A stretch of 64,000 nt of DNA from assembly GCA_965220965.1 (NCBI GenBank), contig OZ244852.1, positions 1,216,001 through 1,280,000 of the forward strand, written 5' to 3'. The translations under genes were made by a program, and so were the position numbers. Each line of letters starts with the position of its first letter. Positions within the stretch are counted from its first letter, which is position 1. Positions 54,186 through 62,775 of the stretch are shown one piece after another. The stretch is from Candidatus Marinacidobacterium sp. GTDB lineage: Bacteria > Acidobacteriota > Vicinamibacteria > Marinacidobacterales > Marinacidobacteraceae. The notes below the pieces were generated by a model. The model saw nothing but the letters and a program-made list of their open reading frames with translations, was not told the DNA's origin and made no database searches.

Positions 54186-54689
54186 TCAGCCGCCCGAAGA
54201 CTCTCCGGTCCCGGGTCCGATGAGGCGCGCGGCGACCGGCGGGGGCACGAGGTCGGCCACATCGCCGGAGAGCGCCGCGATCTCCTTGACGAGCTTCGAA
54301 CTCACGTAGGAGAACTCCTCGGCGGGCGTCAGGAAGACGGTCTCGACTTCGGGAGCGAGGCGCCGGTTCATGAGCGCCATCTGGAACTCGTACTCGAAGT
54401 CGGAAACCGCCCGGATCCCGCGCACGATGGCGGCGGCGCCCCGGCGGCGGGCGTAGTGCACCAGGAGGCCCGAGAAGGCGTCGGCTTCCACCCGGGGATC
54501 CTCGGCGAAGGTGGCGCGGATGAACCCGAGGCGATCCGCGACGGTGAACCGGGCGGTTTTCTCCGAGTTCGTGAGCACCGCGACGACGACGCGGTCGAAC
54601 TGGCGGGCGGCCCGGCGAACGATGTCGACATGGCCCAGGGTGAGAGGGTCAAAGGACCCCGGGCAGATGGCCAGACGGGTCGATTCCAA
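54186..54689 (-). CDS. coaD: Phosphopantetheine adenylyltransferase
   Basis: PGSFDPLTLGH, RGIRAVSDFEYE.QMA.MNR, SSKLVKE. Confidence 0.96.
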   Translation of the reverse strand: MESTRLAICPGSFDPLTLGHVDIVRRAARQFDRVVVAVLTNSEKTARFTVADRLGFIRATFAEDPRVEADAFSGLLVHYARRRGAAAIVRGIRAVSDFEYEFQMALMNRRLAPEVETVFLTPAEEFSYVSSKLVKEIAALSGDVADLVPPPVAARLIGPGTGESSGG

Positions 54690-54892
54690 CGCTCAGGCGC
54701 CCGGCGGGGCGTGGCGGGAAACTAACACAGCATCCCGGGCGTCAGGACTCTCGCGGCGCTCTTCCGGTCCAGCGGGTCAGTTTTCGACAGAACCGCAACT
54801 TTCCGGCAATCGATGCTACGGGGGGACCGCGGCCCCCGTCGTGCACCGGGTGTGAACAACCTCCGGAGGCGGCGGGTCATTGGAGCGGCGCC

Positions 54893-55525
54893 TCACTCAC
54901 CGCGGGCTTTCTCCGGGTCCGGCCGGTACAGCGAGACGGCGCTGTCTCCCGCGGTGAGCGTCCGGACGCGGACGTATTCCGCTTCGCCCGGGCGTCCCGC
55001 TTCGGGATTCACCCGATCCGCCAGTTCGAGCGAACGTTCGTGCTCGACCGCCGCCACGGTCGGCCCGAGACCGAGGGCGGACGCCAACAGCCTCCACGCG
55101 GCGCCCTCCCGGAAGTCGGCCCAGGGCGGATCGAAGAAGACTGCGCCCGGCGAACCCTCGAAGTCCCAGCCGGAGGCGGCGAGGCGACGAAGCTGGGCTC
55201 CGGCGTCGCCGGGCAGAACCCGGAAGGACTCCACGCCGAGACGGGCGGCGTTCCGGCCGATCCGCCGCACGAGGACCGGATCCCGTTCGAGGAAGACGGC
55301 GCGCCGCGCGCCTCGGGAAAGCGCCTCGAAACCGAGAGTTCCCACGCCCGCGCACACATCGAGGGCGGTCACGCCGGAGAGTTCTCCTCCAAGGACCTCG
55401 AAGAGGCTCTTGCGCAGCCGGACCGCCGTGGGGCGGATCCCCGGGGAGACGGCGCCCCCGGGACGTCGGGGTGGACCGAGCAGCAACCTTCCGGCGAAGG
55501 CGCCGCCGGCGATGCGAACGCTCAT
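54893..55525 (-). CDS. rsmD: 16S rRNA m2G966 methyltransferase RsmD
   Basis: VRIAGG...GR.L, IRPT..R.R..LF, LDVCAG.G.LG.EALSRGA, FFDPPW; upstream of coaD. Confidence 0.85.
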   Translation of the reverse strand: MSVRIAGGAFAGRLLLGPPRRPGGAVSPGIRPTAVRLRKSLFEVLGGELSGVTALDVCAGVGTLGFEALSRGARRAVFLERDPVLVRRIGRNAARLGVESFRVLPGDAGAQLRRLAASGWDFEGSPGAVFFDPPWADFREGAAWRLLASALGLGPTVAAVEHERSLELADRVNPEAGRPGEAEYVRVRTLTAGDSAVSLYRPDPEKARGE

Positions 55526-55629
55526 GGAACCGCTTTCAAGCCGGCCGATTGTCAGCGCGGGCGCCAGGGGGCGCAAGCTCCGGCGCCGCGCCGGCCTGTT
55601 CCCGATACCGACCTGCGAGGAAGACGCCC

Positions 55630-56829
55630 ATGTCCCGCCCCCTCCCGAAACGAGCCGCTCATCCCGTCCTGGCGGTGGTCCCGATGCCCGCCCGGGCGCG
55701 CTGGCCCCGCAGCCAGCCCGACCCGCTCCCGGTTCCGATCACCGACCCGGAGCACGGGCGCCCGCTCCGGCCGGCGGCGGCGATCGCCTGCGAGGTCTCG
55801 GAAGACGGCATCGGAGGCGAGTTCGACACCGCCCGCGAGCGGATCCTCGAGTGGGTGGAGACCCGCACCGGTCCGCTCCCGGAGAGCTTCGCCGAACGCC
55901 GCCAGGAGAGCGCGACCTCACGGATGGCGCGTTTCGAGTGCGGCGGAGCCCGGGTGGAGGCCGTGGACCGGGCGCTGGGGCGCGGCCGGTACTTCGGACT
56001 CCTGCTCGAGAGCGGAAGCGCCCCCGAACAGCCCGTTTCGCGCGTCCGGGCGGCCATCTTCCGCTCGGGCGGCGGAACGCACCTGCGAATGACGCTCGAG
56101 GCGCCGCGGCGCTTCGCGGAGGGGCTCCGCCCGATGGCGTGGACGCCCCGCGTGGTCCACGACCTGATCGCCTCTCCCGGGCTCATCGACTACGGCTGGC
56201 GCATCGTGAACGAGCCCTGGGTGGTGGATGACGAGGAGAGCGTGGAGGGCCTGATCCACCTCATCGCCGATCCGGCGCGGACCCGGCCGGTCTTCGCGAC
56301 CGGGCTCAGCGGGGCGCAGACCGACCCGGAAGCGTGCAGCGTGGATCCCTGGGACCTCGCCCTGCGGACCGCCGGGCTCGCCCACGTGGTGGTGCTGACC
56401 GGACCGATGACCTACGTGCTCTCGGACCGGGTCGGCCGGCGCTTCAGCGTCTTCGGGGATGCGTTCCGCACCTACCGGCCGGGGCGCCGAATCCTCGAGG
56501 ACGCCCGCGCGCACCCGATCGCGCTTTCCGACACGGTGCGGGAGTGGCCCGACGGCGGACCACGGCGCTTCGCGCTCTATCTGGCGCGCGAGGCGGCGCG
56601 GATGAGCCTCGCCTGCCAGATGACGCGCTCGGGGTGGGGGATGGGCGACATGATCGGAGCGACCACCGGGATCCGCCTGGCCGATGTTTCCGTGACGCAG
56701 CGGGTCGAGCTCCCCGTCGAGGACGGCGGCCTGGACCATCCGGTCGGAACCGGGACCGACGCCGGCGAAGCGGCGGAACCGGCGCGCCTGCGAGCGGTCG
56801 CCGGAGCCAAGGCGCGGCCCGCCTCCTGA
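55630..56829 (+). CDS. Hypothetical protein (accessory island)
   Basis: GAGGAAG SD and ATG at 55630; globular-looking core (LIADPARTRPV...LA.RTAGLAHVVVL...SVFGDAFRTYRPG). Confidence 0.65.
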   Translation: MSRPLPKRAAHPVLAVVPMPARARWPRSQPDPLPVPITDPEHGRPLRPAAAIACEVSEDGIGGEFDTARERILEWVETRTGPLPESFAERRQESATSRMARFECGGARVEAVDRALGRGRYFGLLLESGSAPEQPVSRVRAAIFRSGGGTHLRMTLEAPRRFAEGLRPMAWTPRVVHDLIASPGLIDYGWRIVNEPWVVDDEESVEGLIHLIADPARTRPVFATGLSGAQTDPEACSVDPWDLALRTAGLAHVVVLTGPMTYVLSDRVGRRFSVFGDAFRTYRPGRRILEDARAHPIALSDTVREWPDGGPRRFALYLAREAARMSLACQMTRSGWGMGDMIGATTGIRLADVSVTQRVELPVEDGGLDHPVGTGTDAGEAAEPARLRAVAGAKARPAS

Positions 56830-56869
56830 CGCGCGCCGCAGGCGCCGGAGGGCGCCCGGTGCGGTCCGG

Positions 56870-58108
56870 CTACGGCGTCCCCGGACCCTTTTTCCACAGG
56901 CGGACGGTGAAGCGGCTCTCGTCCTCGACGAGCTCGGGCTCCGTCCCGTTGTGCGCCTTCATACCGGGGATCATCCGCTGGCGCACGCCCATCCCGCGAA
57001 ACTCCACGTAGCCGTAATCGCGCATGAAATTGACCAGGTTCTGGTTGCGCGCGTAACGGGTTCCCGAGCGCATCCCATCCGGCGTGACCGTGTTCGGCAG
57101 CCGCCCGGGGCTGACGACCTCGAGGCGGTCCGAGAAGATCGTCAGCATGATGTCGGCGCCGGTGATGCTGTAGTCGCGGTGAACCAGCGCGTTCCCCACC
57201 GCCTCTCGCACCACCGCTTCCGGGTAGTCCCAACGGTCGATGCGGCGACCCCCTTCCAGCCGGGCGGTCGGCGTGGTGTTCCGGCGCACGAAATCGATGG
57301 CCTGGTCCACGAGTCCCGGTTCGACCCGCGAGCCGTCGCGGGCGCCGAGCGGAACCATCGGGCCACGCAGGACTTCATCGGCCCGCGCCGCATAGTCCGG
57401 CGCCTTGCCCGGAAAGCAGATGGCGCGGATGCCCGATTGCGGAAGGAACCGCTTCGTGTTGCTCCCGAAAAGCAGCATCCCGTCGACGGTCGCCGCCGGG
57501 CGCTCCACGGCCGGGGTCGCGAGCTCCAGATTCACCAGCAGGTGGCGCCACGCGTCCGGATCGTCCTCTCCGGGCGCCTCGCCTCCGAGAACCCGGGTGA
57601 AATAGTCGCGGAGCCGTCGCTCGTCGAGCATCCCGATACCGGACCCGGGAACCGGTTTGCATCCGTACCGCAGCTGACCCGACGCCTGGTAGAGGCGTCC
57701 TTCCTCGTCGCGCGTCGCATCCCGCGTGGTCGTTCCGACCCGGACCCTGGTCAGCCAGGCGCCTCCGCGCTTCGCCTTGTAGGGCTTGTCAGGCGCGTCC
57801 GTCGGCAGCGAGACGACGCCGACGACCTTCCCGTCGTCCCAGAGGATCGTCTCCCACCAGGGATTCGTCGCCGGCTGGAGGTGAGTCCGGGCCGCCTCCA
57901 TGACCCATTCCTCGGCCTTGCGGCGATCGCGCGTGAGGCCACTGACCGTTCCGTCGTCCTCCACGCCGAGGAGGATGCGGCCACCCGCCAGGTTCAGGAA
58001 CCCGGCCATTTCCTCCGCGAGCTTCTGCGCCGAGATGTCGTCCCGCTTGAACTCCACACCCGAGCTCTCGCCATTGCGGAGCAGATCGATCAGTTCGGCC
58101 CTGGTCAT
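56870..58108 (-). CDS. Schlafen/AlbA_2-domain protein with 'RecG C-terminal' HATPase_c_4-like domain
   Basis: GES..VEFKR, A.FLN..GG.ILLGV.DDG, YP...VREA..NALVHRDY, DRLEV.SPG, RN. Confidence 0.85.
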   Translation of the reverse strand: MTRAELIDLLRNGESSGVEFKRDDISAQKLAEEMAGFLNLAGGRILLGVEDDGTVSGLTRDRRKAEEWVMEAARTHLQPATNPWWETILWDDGKVVGVVSLPTDAPDKPYKAKRGGAWLTRVRVGTTTRDATRDEEGRLYQASGQLRYGCKPVPGSGIGMLDERRLRDYFTRVLGGEAPGEDDPDAWRHLLVNLELATPAVERPAATVDGMLLFGSNTKRFLPQSGIRAICFPGKAPDYAARADEVLRGPMVPLGARDGSRVEPGLVDQAIDFVRRNTTPTARLEGGRRIDRWDYPEAVVREAVGNALVHRDYSITGADIMLTIFSDRLEVVSPGRLPNTVTPDGMRSGTRYARNQNLVNFMRDYGYVEFRGMGVRQRMIPGMKAHNGTEPELVEDESRFTVRLWKKGPGTP

Positions 58109-58237
58109 GAGGATCGGAGTTTCAGCGTCTGGTCAGGAAGTCCGCCGCCCGGCGCGAGCGCCTCAACCTGCGCTGGCGGCCTCGCCGGCAGCATAGTGTC
58201 GCAAAGCGCTCCAATCGGCCCCGGGAAATCCACTGGC

Positions 58238-58503
58238 GCGGCCTCGGCCCGACGTCAGGGTCGCAGTCAGCGGCGCCCCAAACTGACAATCTGCCGAAGC
58301 TCGAATTGACAATCGGCCGACGAGTACACTGGCATTCAGCCGGAACCACTACTACTAGTCATGTTTATCATCAACTTATATGATCTCATAATGCCAGATA
58401 TGTGATCGGAAACACGATTCCTGACCCTCATTCGACCCCTATTCTGACAATCAGCCGGGCCCTATATTGACAATTGGCCGAAGCCTCAACCTACAATCAG
58501 CCG
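58238..58503 (+). repeat. In-phase 23-bp-period direct-repeat array (13-bp core TGACAATCRGCCG + 10-bp variable spacer) flanking an AT-rich centre
   Basis: Cores at 58261, 58284, 58307, 58330, 58422, 58445, 58468, 58491 (degenerate at 58238); all are 58238+23n. Confidence 0.85.
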
Positions 58504-59856
58504 ATGCCGCACCCGTTTCTCTTCCGACGCCGCATCGAGCCGCGGCTGATGGAGGCGCTGGACGACTCGCCGGTGGTGCTGATTCACGGCCCGCGCCAGT
58601 GCGGCAAGACGACGCTCGCCCGCTACGCCTGCACCAGGGACCACCCCTGGGCGTCGGGCGACGCGCATCCACATGTCAACGACGGTGGGCGGGCTGGTTC
58701 GGGAGGGTCCGACGGGCGGCGCGACTACGCGTACATCAGTCTGGACGATGCGGTGGCGCGCGAAACCGCCCGGGCCGATCCCGCCGGCATGGTCGCCGAG
58801 CTGCCGGAGCGGGTCATCCTGGACGAGGTTCAGCGGGTCCCGGAGCTGTTCGAGGCGATCAAGCTGGAAGTGGATCGCCGGCGGGCGGCGGGCCGGTTTC
58901 TGCTCACCGGGTCCACGAACGTGCTGCTGATTCCGCGCCTTTCGGACTCGCTGGCCGGCCGCATGCAGATCGTGCGGCTCCATCCGCTCGCGCAGCGGGA
59001 GCTCACGGCTGAGGCGCCACCGGCCAATGTCGCGCAACAGCCGGAGTTCCTCGACGTTCTGTTCGGCGCCGCCTTCCGGGTGCGCCGAACCGCCCGCCTC
59101 GGTGGCGAGCTCCTCGAACGGATCGTCGCCGGCGGCTTTCCGCCGGCGCTGGCGAATCCGACGGACCGTCGCCGGGCCAACTGGCAACGCGACTACATGA
59201 CCACCCTGCTGGAGCGCGACGTGCGCGAGATGGCGCGGATAACGGCGCTCGATGCGCTTCCGAGGCTGCTTCAGGCGGCGGCGACGCAGACCGCGCGCCT
59301 GTTCAACCTGGCGGACCTTGCGGCGCCGTTCCGGGTCAGCCGGGGGACGATCGGCGGCTACGTCGCGCTGCTGGAGCGGCTGTTCCTGCTGGAACGGGTA
59401 CCGGCGTGGCACAGCAATCGCCTGCGGCGGCTCGTGAAGAGCCCCAGGCTGCACTTCGGCGACACCGGTCTGGCGGCGGCGCTGCTGGGGGCCGACGCGC
59501 CCGCGTTACGGGACGACGGAACGCTGCTGGGGCAGCTCCTGGAGACTTTCGTCTACCAGGAACTGCGGCGGCAGGCGAGCTGGCATGCGAGCGCCACCAA
59601 CTTCTTCCACTTCCGCGACCGTGACGGCGCGGAAGTCGACATCGTCATCGAACGGGGACACCGCGCGGTCGCGGGCGTGGAGGTCAAGGCCGGGGCCACG
59701 GTCAGGGCATCCGACTTTCGCGGGCTGAAGAAACTGGCCGCGGCCGCGGGAGATCGCTTCGCCTGCGGCGTCGTGCTCCACAACGGCGAGATGTGCGCGC
59801 GCTTCGGGGATCGCCTCTACGCCGCGCCCATTCGCACCCTGTGGGAGACGCCCTGA
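58504..59856 (+). CDS. AAA+ ATPase (AAA_14-type) with DUF4143 / C-terminal PD-(D/E)xK-like nuclease domain
   Basis: Walker A GPRQCGKT, Walker B ILDEVQ, LLTGS, SLAGR, GGFP, K...DTGL, LE.FV..EL, RD.DG.EVD.VIE...VEVK; ATG at 58504. Confidence 0.9.
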   Translation: MPHPFLFRRRIEPRLMEALDDSPVVLIHGPRQCGKTTLARYACTRDHPWASGDAHPHVNDGGRAGSGGSDGRRDYAYISLDDAVARETARADPAGMVAELPERVILDEVQRVPELFEAIKLEVDRRRAAGRFLLTGSTNVLLIPRLSDSLAGRMQIVRLHPLAQRELTAEAPPANVAQQPEFLDVLFGAAFRVRRTARLGGELLERIVAGGFPPALANPTDRRRANWQRDYMTTLLERDVREMARITALDALPRLLQAAATQTARLFNLADLAAPFRVSRGTIGGYVALLERLFLLERVPAWHSNRLRRLVKSPRLHFGDTGLAAALLGADAPALRDDGTLLGQLLETFVYQELRRQASWHASATNFFHFRDRDGAEVDIVIERGHRAVAGVEVKAGATVRASDFRGLKKLAAAAGDRFACGVVLHNGEMCARFGDRLYAAPIRTLWETP

Positions 59857-59908
59857 GGCTGGCCGTCAGCAGCCCGCCGTCGATTCCGCCGCGCCGGCGA
59901 ACGCGCGA

Positions 59909-60598
59909 TCAGGGTTTCGTCGCCACCGCCACCAGCAGCGGCGTGCGGCGCCAGGGCCAGGCGACCTCGAATCCGGCCGCCTGCAGGGCGTCGCGTTCCG
60001 CCTCCGCCGGAAAGTAAGTGTCCTCCTCGGCCCACTCGGCGAACAGCTCGTAGGCGCGGGCTTCGGGCGTCCCGCGGGCGGCCATCCACGCGGCCCACTC
60101 CTGGTAAGCGGCGGCCGAACCCTCAGGCTCGGCGGGGATGACCACATCCACGTTCACGAGGAGGCCGCCGGGACGCAGCGCTTCGTGGATCCGGCCGAAC
60201 AGGCGACGCTTGTCGTCGAGCGTGGGGACATGGTGCAGGGCGAGCGACGCCGTCACCGCATCGCACTCCGGCAACGGGTCATCGAACGACGCCTGGCGCA
60301 GCGCGGCGCGGTCGCCGAAGCGCGCCAGACGGCCGCGGGCCCGCCCGAGCATCTCCGGATCGGCGTCCACCAGCTCCACGACGGCGTCCCCGGCGCGGCG
60401 CAGGACCGCCTCGGAGAGCGCGCCGGTCCCCGCACCGAGGTCCACGACGCGCCGAGGCCGGACCGCGGCGATCGTCCGGGCGGCGGTCTCGAGAGCCTCC
60501 TCGTACCCGGGGATCCACTTCCGGATCGTGGCGTCGTACTCCTCGATCTCCACCCGCAGATGCCGGCGGACGGAGTGAGCGTCGGTCGAATGAGCCAC
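59909..60598 (-). CDS. Class I SAM-dependent methyltransferase
   Basis: IPGYEE, VVDLGAGTG, VDADPEML, SLALHH, LRPGG; GTG start at 60598. Confidence 0.85.
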   Translation of the reverse strand: MAHSTDAHSVRRHLRVEIEEYDATIRKWIPGYEEALETAARTIAAVRPRRVVDLGAGTGALSEAVLRRAGDAVVELVDADPEMLGRARGRLARFGDRAALRQASFDDPLPECDAVTASLALHHVPTLDDKRRLFGRIHEALRPGGLLVNVDVVIPAEPEGSAAAYQEWAAWMAARGTPEARAYELFAEWAEEDTYFPAEAERDALQAAGFEVAWPWRRTPLLVAVATKP

Positions 60599-60615
60599 CG
60601 GCTGGAGGATAAGGG

Positions 60616-62775
60616 TTACCCGCCCTCCGTCAGGCCGAAGCGTTCCCCCCAGCGCTCGTGGACCTGCTCGAGGATGCGGCGGCCCTCGAGGCTGTCGGCT
60701 TCGGGCGACGCCAGAAAGTCCCGGGCCTCCCGGCGGGCGTCGCGGAGGATCTCCGCATCCTCGACCAGGTCGGCGACCCGGAAGGCGGGCAGGCCCCACT
60801 GCCGGGCGCCCCGGAAGTCCCCGGGCCCCCGGATCCGCAGGTCCTCCTCGGCGATCCGGAAGCCGTCAGTCGTCTTCTCGAGGATCGCGAGGCGCTGGCG
60901 GGCGGTGTCTCCGGGCTGGCTCCCGGTCACCAGGATCGCCGTCGCGGGATCCTCCCCCCGCCCGACCCGCCCGCGGAGCTGGTGGAGCTGGGCCAGCCCG
61001 AAGCGCTCGGCGTGCTCCACCACCATCACCGTGGCGTTCGGAACGTCGACGCCGACCTCGATGACCGTCGTGGCGACGAGAACGTCGAGGTTGCCAGCGA
61101 CGAAGTCGGCCATCACCCGCTCCCGCTCGCGCGACGGAAGGCGGCCGTGAACCAGACCCACCCGCAGGTCGCGGAAGACTCCTTCCGAGAGCTCGCGGTG
61201 TCGGGCCTCGACGCCGGGGCCCGGGAACCCCTCGGCCTCCTCGATCGACGGCCCGACGAGAAACGCCTGCCGGCCCCGCCGGACCTCACGCCGGATCAGC
61301 TCCGCCACCTCGGGGAAATCACGCTCGCTGTGGATCAGCGTCCGGACCGGCTGGCGGCCGGGGGGCAGCTCCCGCAGCTCCGACAGGTCGAGGTCCCCGT
61401 GGAGCGCCAGCGTGAGCGTGCGCGGGATGGGCGTCGCGGTCATCACGAGGAGATCCGCGCCCCCGCCCCGCTCGACGAGGGCGCGGCGCTGCGCCACGCC
61501 GAAACGGTGCTGCTCGTCGATGATGGCGAGGCCCAGGTCGTGGAACTTCGCCCCCTCCTGGATCAGCGCGTGAGTCCCCACGACGAACTGCGCCCGGCCG
61601 GTCTCGGCCGACCAGAGCGCGGCGCGGCGCTCGGCCGCCCCGAGCCCGGCGGTGAGGAGGACGACCCGGATCCGTTGCGGCGCAAGGAGCCGCTGGATCG
61701 TCCCGTAGTGCTGCTCCGCGAGCACCTCGGTGGGCGCCATGAGCGCCACCTGCGCGCCGTGGTGCATCACCATCATCCCGGCAATGACCGCGACGATCGT
61801 CTTCCCGGAGCCCACGTCGCCCTGGAGGAGCCGCCGCATCGTGAACTCCGAGCGGAACTCCTCGGCGATCGTGCGAAGCGCCTCCCCCTGCGAGCCGGTG
61901 AGCCGGAACGGGAGCATCGCGCGGACCCGGTCGCGCAACCGGTCGTCCACCGTGAAGGTGTGGGCGCCGGAGCGGCCCACCCGGTCCTGGCGGCGACGGA
62001 GCAGCAGCCCGAGGGCGAAGAGGAAGAACTCCTCGTAGATCAGCCGGCGATGGCCGGCGGAGCGGCGACGGCTCAGCTCGTCGAGCGGGACCTCTGGCGG
62101 CGGGAAATGGACCGCCCGGAGCGCCGCGAGACGGTCCGGAAGGCCGAGCCGGCGGACGAGCGACTCCGGGAGGAGCCCCGGTCCGGCGGCCTCCTCCGAC
62201 TGGAGCGCCCGGTGGAGGATCGTGCGGAACTGCCGGGGAGACAGCGGGCCGAGCCGTTCGTAGACCGGGACGACCCGGCCGGCGTGGGCGGTCGGCGGCC
62301 CTGGGGCCGCGGCCTCCGGCGCAGGGTCGGGCGCCTCGGCCTCCGCTCCGGACCCGGTCACGAGCTCGTAACGGGGGCTGCGGAACTCGGGCGCCGCAAA
62401 CGGGCCGGCGCGGCGGACCGTTCCGTAGAGCAGGACGCGCCGTCCGGGGAACAGCAGACGGGGCAGATGGAGCTGGTTGAACCAGGTCGCGCGGACCGGA
62501 CCGGAGGCGTCGCGGCCCCGCAGCTCCACGATCTTCAGCCGCGGACGGCGCGTGGGACGGACCTGGATCGACTCGATCACGACCTCGACCGCGCCCTCCT
62601 TCCCGTCCTCGAGCGCCGTCGCCTGCTGCTCCCCGCTGCGGTCCTCGTAGCGGAACGGGAGCCGCAGGAGGAGGTCACTGACCCGCCGGATCCCGACCTC
62701 GGCGAGCGCCTCGGCGCGCTGCGGCCCGATCCCCTTGAGAAAGCGGACCTCGGTGTCCGCCCGGAGATCCGTCAC
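60616..62775 (-). CDS. recG: ATP-dependent DNA helicase RecG
   Basis: LP.RYEDRS, RLLQGDVGSGKT, IDEQHRFGV.QR, MTATPIPRTL, AERFGLAQLHQLRGRVGRG, DGF.IAE.DL.IRGPG. Confidence 0.97.
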   Translation of the reverse strand: MTDLRADTEVRFLKGIGPQRAEALAEVGIRRVSDLLLRLPFRYEDRSGEQQATALEDGKEGAVEVVIESIQVRPTRRPRLKIVELRGRDASGPVRATWFNQLHLPRLLFPGRRVLLYGTVRRAGPFAAPEFRSPRYELVTGSGAEAEAPDPAPEAAAPGPPTAHAGRVVPVYERLGPLSPRQFRTILHRALQSEEAAGPGLLPESLVRRLGLPDRLAALRAVHFPPPEVPLDELSRRRSAGHRRLIYEEFFLFALGLLLRRRQDRVGRSGAHTFTVDDRLRDRVRAMLPFRLTGSQGEALRTIAEEFRSEFTMRRLLQGDVGSGKTIVAVIAGMMVMHHGAQVALMAPTEVLAEQHYGTIQRLLAPQRIRVVLLTAGLGAAERRAALWSAETGRAQFVVGTHALIQEGAKFHDLGLAIIDEQHRFGVAQRRALVERGGGADLLVMTATPIPRTLTLALHGDLDLSELRELPPGRQPVRTLIHSERDFPEVAELIRREVRRGRQAFLVGPSIEEAEGFPGPGVEARHRELSEGVFRDLRVGLVHGRLPSRERERVMADFVAGNLDVLVATTVIEVGVDVPNATVMVVEHAERFGLAQLHQLRGRVGRGEDPATAILVTGSQPGDTARQRLAILEKTTDGFRIAEEDLRIRGPGDFRGARQWGLPAFRVADLVEDAEILRDARREARDFLASPEADSLEGRRILEQVHERWGERFGLTEGG

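Noticed and set aside
54690-54892. ncRNA or 52-codon ORF in the rsmD-coaD gap (hairpin ACGGGGG...CCCCCGT; TTGTTCACA DnaA-like box)
   Set aside because: No recognisable RNA family, the peptide is not protein-like, and there is only one 2-mismatch box; most likely just the coaD promoter region.
56870-58108. Second RecG helicase
   Set aside because: No SF2 helicase motifs. Only the misleadingly named 'RecG C-terminal' domain is present; the true recG is at 60616-62775.
58238-58503. CRISPR array
   Set aside because: The 13-bp degenerate cores and 10-bp spacers are far too short and there are no cas genes; reported instead as an unexplained array.
55555-60598. Prophage, IS or integrative element
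   Set aside because: No integrase, transposase, terminal inverted repeats or att duplication was found.
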